Below, piece after piece: positions 57,279 through 64,000 of a DNA stretch of 64,000 nucleotides (the first letter of the stretch is position 1; each line of letters opens with the position of its first letter). Source of the stretch: an uncultured Bdellovibrionales bacterium (lineage in GTDB: Bacteria > Patescibacteriota > Minisyncoccia > Moranbacterales > UBA1568). Where the stretch lies: the NCBI GenBank assembly GCA_964543815.1, contig CAZIZG010000007.1, positions 2,781-66,780 on the forward strand. Direction: 5' to 3'. The notes under the pieces are model-generated. The model searched no databases. It had not been told where the DNA came from and worked only from the letters and a program-made list of their open reading frames with translations. A program made the translations under genes and the position numbers.

Positions 57279-58271
57279 CTATTTCCTATTATACCCCGCT
57301 ACGTCCCTTTTCGAAAATATGGTAAATGAGGGTTTGCCAAGGAGAATCTGTGCATTCACAAAAAGAGTTGGCACTCCATCTACCACTCTCTTCTCATGCG
57401 GTGGTCGCACTGAAATTTGTAATCCAAAGTTCTTTTCGAAATAAGCCTTAATACCAGAACGCGTATTATAACTAGCCGGCAACGAAAAGGGCTGGTACTG
57501 TTTCTTTTTGGCTGAGTAATATTTCTGATGGCGTTCATGCAGCGTCACCAACACCCTTGCTTGCTGCCAATTTATTCCTGAATTTTGATGATTCACTTTT
57601 AAGTGGAAATAATCAGGTTTCTTCTCCTCTTTTCCGTTTTCCTGATAGTACTGACACTTCACCCGCAGCACGCAGGCTTCACACTTGGGACGCGCTACAC
57701 AGAGTGCACTCCCGAAGTCCATAAGCGCTCCATTCATTTCGCGTTTGGACATAACAAACTTGTTCTCCCAATACTCCTCATCTGCCACGAGGTGTTTCCC
57801 TCCAAAAAAGAATCTGCCAATGACACGCTTCAAATTCGTGTCCCAAGCAAGGTGATTCTCGCCATAAGCAAAACTCATGATAGCAGACGCCGTATACGGA
57901 CCAACTCCGGGTAGGGTTTCCAGTATTTTTTTATCACGTGGAAACACCCCCTCATATTGCGAAACAATGACCTTGGCTGCTTTGAGCATATTTCGACCAC
58001 GAGCATAGTATCCCAATCCCTGATAGTACGGGAGGAAATCCTCCCACGACGCATCGGCTAAATGTTGCACGGTCGGAAAGCGCTTGAGGAAATTCTGATA
58101 GAACCCAATCACTCGCACCACTTGCGTTTGCTGCAACATGATCTCCGACACCCACACTTCATAGGCAGTGATGTTTTTTTTCCGCCATGGCAACTCTGTG
58201 CGACCAGCCCGATGAAAAAAATCAGCCAGTCGTGCTTCAAAAAATTCTCTCTTTTCTTTTCGGATTGACAT
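57279..58271 (-). CDS. mutY: A/G-specific adenine glycosylase (MutY-like, divergent C-terminus)
   Basis: LPWR...YEVWVSEIMLQQT, GLGYYAR, LPGVGPYTA, Fe-S motif C...PKC..C.L...C; start at 58271 or 58283. Confidence 0.88.
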   Translation of the reverse strand: MSIRKEKREFFEARLADFFHRAGRTELPWRKKNITAYEVWVSEIMLQQTQVVRVIGFYQNFLKRFPTVQHLADASWEDFLPYYQGLGYYARGRNMLKAAKVIVSQYEGVFPRDKKILETLPGVGPYTASAIMSFAYGENHLAWDTNLKRVIGRFFFGGKHLVADEEYWENKFVMSKREMNGALMDFGSALCVARPKCEACVLRVKCQYYQENGKEEKKPDYFHLKVNHQNSGINWQQARVLVTLHERHQKYYSAKKKQYQPFSLPASYNTRSGIKAYFEKNFGLQISVRPPHEKRVVDGVPTLFVNAQILLGKPSFTIFSKRDVAGYNRK

Positions 58272-58335
58272 AGGATTCACCATATTGTACACTCCCCTGT
58301 CACGTCAAACAAGGCAGCGACAAGGAGGACCGTTC

Positions 58336-58536
58336 ATGATCAAGATTTTTGTGGCGGAGCATGGCGTTGGACGCCACATTGCCCGTGTCACATCGGAAAG
58401 TGGACAGACCATTCAAACTGGAGAAGAACGACCGACCCGCGAAGCGGCCATCGGGGCACTTGTCCAGTGTGCACCAGGACTCTTTGGGGTTTTCGATATC
58501 ATCCTCCCGGATGAGAAATTGGATACTAGCGAATAA
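58336..58536 (+). CDS. small hypothetical protein (66 aa), possibly DUF1508/YegP-like
   Basis: Promoter TTGACA-17-TACACT (58265-58293), AAGGAGG SD; ARVTSESGQTIQTGEERPTREAA resembles the DUF1508 pattern. Confidence 0.6.
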   Translation: MIKIFVAEHGVGRHIARVTSESGQTIQTGEERPTREAAIGALVQCAPGLFGVFDIILPDEKLDTSE

Positions 58537-59590
58537 CTCCGCCCCCCAAACAGATATCGCCGTCATAGAATACGGCAAACTGACCCGAGGCTAACCCCGG
58601 GTCTTTTTCTTTGAGCCGTACTTCTATGGCACCATCGCCACAAGGCTCTACCGTAGCCGAGTATAGCTTGGCACCATGACGAATTTTGACCAAAAGCTCC
58701 GTCTGCGACGGATACACACCGCTGATCCAATTGAGTGAACCAACGATAAAGGTATCACGCGCTAACAACTCATGATGCATACCGTGCGAAACGAATACTT
58801 CGTTGGTTGACACATCCTTTTTCACCACATACCACGGACCACCAGGGAGCTTTATCCCTCGTCGTTGCCCGACCGTAAAGTACCAGAAACCATCGTGAGT
58901 TCCGAGCTCACGGCCCGTCTCAAACTCAATAAGCTTTCCCAGTCGCTTCCCCAGGTGATACTCCAAAAACTGATCAAACGGAATTTTTCCTAAAAAGCAG
59001 ATTCCTTGACTATCTTTCCGTTTGGCATTGGGGAGCTCATACGCTGCGGCCAATTTCCGTACCTCACTTTTTTCTAGTCGCCCAATCGGAAATAACGCTC
59101 GCCTCACTTGATCTTGTGATAATTGAGAAAGGAAATATGTCTGATCTTTCACCGGGTCAGGTGATATCATGAGGAACGCTTGACCGTCTCGCTCTTCCGT
59201 CCAGGCATAGTGACCCGTGGCAATCTTATCGAATTGTCCCGTATAATTTTTTTCCAAAAAATCATAAAACGCTCCAAACTTAATTCGAGCATTGCAGAGC
59301 ATATCCGGATTCGGTGTCCGCCCCTCTTTCACTTCATTTACCGTATAGGCTACTACTCGTTCCCAGTATTCTTTCTGAAACGGTACGACCTGAAGCGGTA
59401 CCTCTGTTTGTTCACAGACAGCACGAACATAGGCCAAATCATCCTCCCAGGGACACTCTCCCAAAAAAGATAATTCGTCTTCCAACCAAATTTTCAGGTA
59501 AAAAGCGGTCAGTTCGTGTCCTTCGTCTTTAAGAAGACGAAGTGCCACCGAACTATCCACTCCACCCGAAACCAATACCGCTATTTTCAT
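58526..59590 (-). CDS. mnmA: tRNA 2-thiouridine(34) synthase
   Basis: SGGVDSSV, TPNPDMLCN..IKF, ATGHYA, KDQTYFL, DSQGICF, GQFAVFY. Confidence 0.98.
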   Translation of the reverse strand: MKIAVLVSGGVDSSVALRLLKDEGHELTAFYLKIWLEDELSFLGECPWEDDLAYVRAVCEQTEVPLQVVPFQKEYWERVVAYTVNEVKEGRTPNPDMLCNARIKFGAFYDFLEKNYTGQFDKIATGHYAWTEERDGQAFLMISPDPVKDQTYFLSQLSQDQVRRALFPIGRLEKSEVRKLAAAYELPNAKRKDSQGICFLGKIPFDQFLEYHLGKRLGKLIEFETGRELGTHDGFWYFTVGQRRGIKLPGGPWYVVKKDVSTNEVFVSHGMHHELLARDTFIVGSLNWISGVYPSQTELLVKIRHGAKLYSATVEPCGDGAIEVRLKEKDPGLASGQFAVFYDGDICLGGGVIR

Positions 59591-59615
59591 AACATGATAC
59601 TTGTTACGTAATGAG

Positions 59616-60638
59616 TTACGTAACTATTTTAGGTACCGGCACCACTACCTGATTAATAATCTCCGTATGCTCTCTGAGAAATTTATCTGTTACCTTTACC
59701 ACTTCACTAGCAGTGTGACAATTCATCAATTCAATCCGCAGTTCCTTGGCCAAGGGAAAATGATTGATATAGGCCTGGTAGTGCTTCTTCATCAGCTCAA
59801 AACTCTTGGTACTCTTCCAGGTTTCCTCAAACAATTTCGTATGTGCCACAGCCGATTCGATTCGTTCCCGAACGGTCACTTGTTTGTCACGGTCAAAGAG
59901 CCAGGGATTGCCAAAGATAGCCCGACCAAACATCACGCCAGCCGCCCCTGTTTGTTTCACTTTTTCTTCTGCATCAAAAATATCTCTTGCGTCGCCATTA
60001 CCAAGTATAATCGTACCAGAACCAGCTGCTATCTCCACCGCGCGCCTCACCCTTTCCCATCGAGCAGGAACTTTTGACATTTCTTTCTTGGTCCGAGCGT
60101 GGACTGTAATTACCGCCGGCTTTGCCTCGAGAAGCTCTGGCAACCATGTCTCCAAAGTATCTTCATTAAATCCCAAACGAGTCTTTACCGAGATGGGGAG
60201 CTCGTTCCCAGCAGCCCTCGTCCCTTCACGCGCTGCCACGATAAGACCCTTGGCTAAGGCTGGATCCTTCATGCAGGCCGCTCCCGCACCCTGCTTCATA
60301 ACATTTTTGTCGGGACAGCCCATATTGATATCAATCCCGTCAAAACCAAGTTCTGCACAAAGTCTCGCTGCTTCACGCATATTGTCAGGATGTGCCGTAA
60401 AAAGTTGGGCTATAATCGGACGTTCCGCCTCGGAAAATTTGAGATCGCGCCTGAGAGCTTCGCGCCCCTTCGGATGACAGAGCCCATCGGCCGCCACAAA
60501 TTCAGTCCAGATGACGGCTGGTTTACTATGCTTCACGATATGAGCCCGAAACACAGCGTCAGTCACATTGGCAAGCGGTGCCAAGACATAAATCGGCTTT
60601 TTCAGTTGTTCCCAGAATCCTAAGTATGGTTGTGGCAT
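59616..60638 (-). CDS. tRNA-dihydrouridine synthase
   Basis: LAPLA.VTD, IDINMGCP, SVKTRLG, VHART, GNGD, VMFGRA..GNPW; ATG at 60638. Confidence 0.94.
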   Translation of the reverse strand: MPQPYLGFWEQLKKPIYVLAPLANVTDAVFRAHIVKHSKPAVIWTEFVAADGLCHPKGREALRRDLKFSEAERPIIAQLFTAHPDNMREAARLCAELGFDGIDINMGCPDKNVMKQGAGAACMKDPALAKGLIVAAREGTRAAGNELPISVKTRLGFNEDTLETWLPELLEAKPAVITVHARTKKEMSKVPARWERVRRAVEIAAGSGTIILGNGDARDIFDAEEKVKQTGAAGVMFGRAIFGNPWLFDRDKQVTVRERIESAVAHTKLFEETWKSTKSFELMKKHYQAYINHFPLAKELRIELMNCHTASEVVKVTDKFLREHTEIINQVVVPVPKIVT

Positions 60639-60674
60639 AATTGCAATAACTGAGCCAGTGTAGTGTATTTTGAT

Positions 60675-60724
60675 AAAAAAAGAAACCCCAGGCACTGTCC
60701 GAGATTCTCGGAACTGCCGGGGGT
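60675..60724 (-). terminator. intrinsic terminator after ORF 60724-61149
   Basis: ccccggca...tccgag/ctcgga...tgcctgggg followed by tttcttttttt on the minus strand. Confidence 0.65.
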
Positions 60725-61149
60725 CATGACAAGAGCGGCATCACTATATCACCCTCACGAAGAGGGAGTCGCTTGAGGCGCCTGAGCGCCGAAACGGCGA
60801 GATACATATGTCCGCCAAGCGCCTCATCACGCAAAGAAATGAGGAACTTTCTGCCTTCACCCACGTAGTCAGGCCGAACGGAAACGAGGGCGTACCCGGG
60901 ACACTGGTGGCACCGAAATGACCAATCAGAGAGAAGCCCGAATCGGATAATGGCTGAACGGCCATCATCCAGATGTCGAAACACCATGGCCTCACCTTGC
61001 TGCCAAATCTCATCATCCAGTTTTGCCGTGGGAAGCCACTGCCATTCGCGTATCCGTAAACGATAGAGTCCCACCGTGGGGATACCGAGCTCCTGAAACA
61101 GGAAGCTCGGGCTCTCCATGATCGCCTCTTGAGCTTGCCTGTCATTCAT
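60724..61149 (-). CDS. hypothetical protein (141 aa)
   Basis: GAGG SD, own terminator, one CxxC; no family recognised. Confidence 0.55.
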   Translation of the reverse strand: MNDRQAQEAIMESPSFLFQELGIPTVGLYRLRIREWQWLPTAKLDDEIWQQGEAMVFRHLDDGRSAIIRFGLLSDWSFRCHQCPGYALVSVRPDYVGEGRKFLISLRDEALGGHMYLAVSALRRLKRLPLREGDIVMPLLS

Positions 61150-61319
61150 TACTCTACCTCACATTCAAAGGACTGTTCCTCACTTGTATCAGAACCCTTG
61201 CAGCTTGTCCATGTCTTGACCTCCGTATGCAACCTCGGTAGGCAAGGATTTTGAGGCGTAGCTACCTATCGGCTCGCATAAGAAATAGTCATCATTTTAT
61301 TCATAGAAATGATTCTGGG

Positions 61320-61374
61320 TTGACAGAACATTCCTTCCCTGATATTCTAAATCAGACAAATTTAGTCCGATTTA
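61320..61374 (+). promoter_or_regulatory. suf promoter (TTGACA-17-TATTCT) with an inverted-repeat operator
   Basis: taaatcagac-aaattta-gtccgattta at 61348-61374 overlaps the predicted start site. Confidence 0.7.
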
Positions 61375-61394
61375 TACCCATCAAACCCACTAGT

Positions 61395-61805
61395 ATGAAA
61401 ATATCACGCAAATCGTACTATGGGATGCGAGCTATTCTCGCCATCGCCCAATCCGATAAACCTCTTTCCATTCATTCTTTGGCGGAAACGGAACATCTAC
61501 CGGAGGACTACTTGGAAAAAATACTCCAGAGCTTACGAAAAGCTGGACTGGTTGAGGCCAAAAAAGGCACCTCGGGTGGCTACTCCCTCGCCAAATCAAG
61601 GGAGTCCATCACGGTTTGGGAAATTCTTCGTACCCTCGATGGTCCCATGAAGCCATTTATGCCCACCCTTTCCGGTACCTTGCCCTGTCTCCAGCCCAGC
61701 CACTGTCAGACCAACGAAGTCTGGCGCCAGCTTGAACAAGAAATAGAAACCTCCCTTACAAACATCACTCTCGATAGCCTCATTCCCAAGCACATCAAAC
61801 GCTAA
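61395..61805 (+). CDS. Rrf2 family transcriptional regulator
   Basis: YGMRAIL.IA, YLEKIL..LRKAGLV.AKKG..GGY.LAK, LDG; ATG at 61395. Confidence 0.94.
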   Translation: MKISRKSYYGMRAILAIAQSDKPLSIHSLAETEHLPEDYLEKILQSLRKAGLVEAKKGTSGGYSLAKSRESITVWEILRTLDGPMKPFMPTLSGTLPCLQPSHCQTNEVWRQLEQEIETSLTNITLDSLIPKHIKR

Positions 61806-61809
61806 CCCT

Positions 61810-62523
61810 ATGATCACCCTCAAGCATCTCAGTGCATCCATCGGAGACAAAAAAATTCTCCATGACATATCCTTCAGCTTTCAGCCCGGGAAAGTCTACG
61901 CTCTCATGGGTCCCAATGGTTCGGGGAAGTCCACCCTCGCATCGACTATCATGGGCCATCCTGATATAAAAGCTACACGATTATCAAAGATCTTGTTAGG
62001 GGAGAAAAATATCAAAACCCTGACTCCGGACAAACGATCACGCTTAGGCATTTTCCTCTCTTTTCAGTCCCCACTGGAGATTGCTGGCGTTTCCGTTTTT
62101 GACCTCTTGAGAATTGCCCTAGAAAAAAAGTATGACCCCCTTTCATTGCACCGACAAGTTAAGGCCTATGCGAAGGAACTCCGTATCAAAGATGAGCTCC
62201 TGAAACGATCTCTCAACGTCGGATTTTCTGGCGGTGAAAAAAAGAAACTTGAAGCCCTACAGGCCGTCATGCTCGCCCCAGCCTTCGCCATTTTTGATGA
62301 GATTGATACCGGTGTCGATGTCGACGCGCTCAAATCCATTGCTGCTTTTCTCAAAAAGCACCTCCCTCGGGAGACGACACTCGTCTTTATTACACACTCC
62401 ACTCGTCTTCTTAGGTACATCAACCCAGACGAAGTACTCATCATGAAAAATGGCTCCCTCGTTCATTCCGGAGCAGCCTCCCTGGCTATCACGATTGAAC
62501 AATCAGGTTTTGAAGCATTCTAG
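61810..62523 (+). CDS. sufC: Fe-S cluster assembly ATPase
   Basis: MGPNGSGKSTLA..IMGHP, LNVGFSGGEKK, DEIDTGVDVDAL. Confidence 0.96.
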   Translation: MITLKHLSASIGDKKILHDISFSFQPGKVYALMGPNGSGKSTLASTIMGHPDIKATRLSKILLGEKNIKTLTPDKRSRLGIFLSFQSPLEIAGVSVFDLLRIALEKKYDPLSLHRQVKAYAKELRIKDELLKRSLNVGFSGGEKKKLEALQAVMLAPAFAIFDEIDTGVDVDALKSIAAFLKKHLPRETTLVFITHSTRLLRYINPDEVLIMKNGSLVHSGAASLAITIEQSGFEAF

Positions 62524-62526
62524 GAT

Positions 62527-63933
62527 ATGAAAAAATCTCCCAAAGACACGCTCGACCTCGATGACTACAAATACGGGTTTGCCATGCCTGATGTTTCGGT
62601 TCATCGTACCAAAACCGGTATCAATCCAGATGTGATTCGGGAAATATCTGAAATAAAAAAAGAGTCCGCATGGATGCGTGATTTTCGACTGCGCAGTTAC
62701 GAACTCTTTAAAGAAAAGCCTCTACCCTCCTGGGGCGCCAACCTCCTGCCCATTGATTTTAACGCCATCACCTACTACCTCAAGGCCACCGATGCCCAGG
62801 CTAATTCCTGGGAAGATTTGCCCCAGGAAATTAAAGATACCTACGACAAGATTGGCGTACCAGAAGCAGAAAAGAAATTCTTGGCCGGTGTCTCCGCTCA
62901 ATATGAATCTGAAGTAGTCTACGAAAGTGTCAATCGAGAACTCAACCGCTTAGGAGTCATCTTTTGTGATATGGACACGGCGGTCAAAAAATACCCTGAA
63001 CTTGTCAGAGAATACTTCGGAACGCTCATCCCACCCCAGGACAACAAATTTGCCGCCCTCAATTCAGCAGTTTGGTCAGGCGGATCATTTGTCTACGTAC
63101 CCAAAGGCGTTCGGGTTGATTTGCCACTTCAGGCCTACTTCCGAATCAATGCTGAAGCCTTTGGGCAGTTTGAACGGACCCTCATCATTGCCGAGGAAGG
63201 AAGTTATGTTCACTACATTGAGGGTTGTACCGCTCCTATTTACACGACCTCGTCTCTTCATTCGGCTGTAGTCGAAATCTTTGTCAAAAAAAATGCCCGG
63301 GTCCGCTATACTACGGTCCAAAACTGGAGTAAAAATATTTATAACCTCGTAACTAAACGCGCCAGAGCCGAAGAAAACGCCATCATGGAATGGATTGACT
63401 GCAACATTGGGAGTGGGGTCACCATGAAATACCCGGCTGTCTACCTCGCTGGTCGAGGTGCTCATGGCGAAGTCCTTTCTATTGCCTACGCCGGAAAAGA
63501 TCAACACCAAGATGCCGGTGCTAAAATGGTTCACCTTGCTTCTGACACTACTTCACGCGTCGTTTCCAAGTCTATTACCAAAGACGGCGGCCGAACCTCC
63601 TATCGGGGACTCGTCCATATCGCCAATGGTGCTAAAAATGCCAAAGCCTCCGTCGTGTGTGACGCCCTTCTCCTTGACGAACACTCTCGCTCAGATACCT
63701 ACCCAACCATGCGTATCAACGAAGAATCCGCCGAACTGACACATGAAGCAACCGTTGAGCGAATCGGGGAAGACAGGTTATTCTACCTCACTTCACGTGG
63801 TATGAGTAAAGGCGATGCCGAAGGCTTGCTCGCAAACGGCTTCATTGATCCGATTGTCAAAGAAATTCCACTTGAATATTCCATCGAACTCAACCGACTC
63901 ATCCATCATGAGATGAAGGGCTCTATTGGTTAA
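62527..63933 (+). CDS. sufB: Fe-S cluster assembly protein SufB
   Basis: AQYESE, GQFERTLII, EGCTAP, LHSAVVE, EATV. Confidence 0.98.
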   Translation: MKKSPKDTLDLDDYKYGFAMPDVSVHRTKTGINPDVIREISEIKKESAWMRDFRLRSYELFKEKPLPSWGANLLPIDFNAITYYLKATDAQANSWEDLPQEIKDTYDKIGVPEAEKKFLAGVSAQYESEVVYESVNRELNRLGVIFCDMDTAVKKYPELVREYFGTLIPPQDNKFAALNSAVWSGGSFVYVPKGVRVDLPLQAYFRINAEAFGQFERTLIIAEEGSYVHYIEGCTAPIYTTSSLHSAVVEIFVKKNARVRYTTVQNWSKNIYNLVTKRARAEENAIMEWIDCNIGSGVTMKYPAVYLAGRGAHGEVLSIAYAGKDQHQDAGAKMVHLASDTTSRVVSKSITKDGGRTSYRGLVHIANGAKNAKASVVCDALLLDEHSRSDTYPTMRINEESAELTHEATVERIGEDRLFYLTSRGMSKGDAEGLLANGFIDPIVKEIPLEYSIELNRLIHHEMKGSIG

Positions 63934-63937
63934 TACT

Positions 63938-64000
63938 ATGTTATTCCGAGATATCACCCATGACACGAAAGCAGTCTATACCATCAACACCGATGAACAG
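63938..64000 (+). CDS. start of the next suf gene (probably SufD-like), truncated
   Basis: ATG 4 nt after the sufB stop, open to the window end; identity from synteny only. Confidence 0.5.
   Translation, partial: MLFRDITHDTKAVYTINTDEQ

Noticed and set aside
57571-57600. Another heptamer tract in mutY
   Set aside because: Too degenerate to distinguish from chance.

Overview
A 64-kb, mostly minus-strand chromosomal segment of a small-genome bacterium using genetic code 11. The gene content and style (eukaryote-type GlyRS, type-2 IleRS, housekeeping genes largely without Shine-Dalgarno sites, DUF11 and AI-2E proteins) suggest Patescibacteria/CPR, possibly Moranbacteria; this is inference. The window holds glmS (partial), leuS, a complete atpBEFHAGDC operon, tatD, metG, rsmI, an M16 peptidase, glyQS, tgt, recO, a MacAB-like ABC exporter, ileS with a T-box, a hemerythrin-nrdG-split nrdD-PAS/ECF-sigma block, argS, a MEMO-family gene, a 1708-aa alpha-2-macroglobulin, trhO, smpB/tmRNA, infC-rpmI-rplT, envelope genes, mutY, mnmA, dus and rrf2-sufCB(D). 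The standout observation is the alpha-2-macroglobulin: it keeps an intact CVEQ thioester motif, but its bait region is occupied by a 128-aa intein-like Hint domain (C1...TPEH...HN, +1 Asp), suggesting a self-cleaving, membrane-anchored thioester protein. Also notable: a NifL-like PAS domain fused to an ECF sigma factor directly upstream of a split class III ribonucleotide reductase and hemerythrin; a short-Stem-I ileS T-box coupled to a terminator; self-contained small genes inserted divergently at housekeeping start codons; heptamer-repeat tracts inside and between genes; and a small inverted-repeat element family. No CRISPR array, rRNA, tRNA, transposase or integrase was seen.
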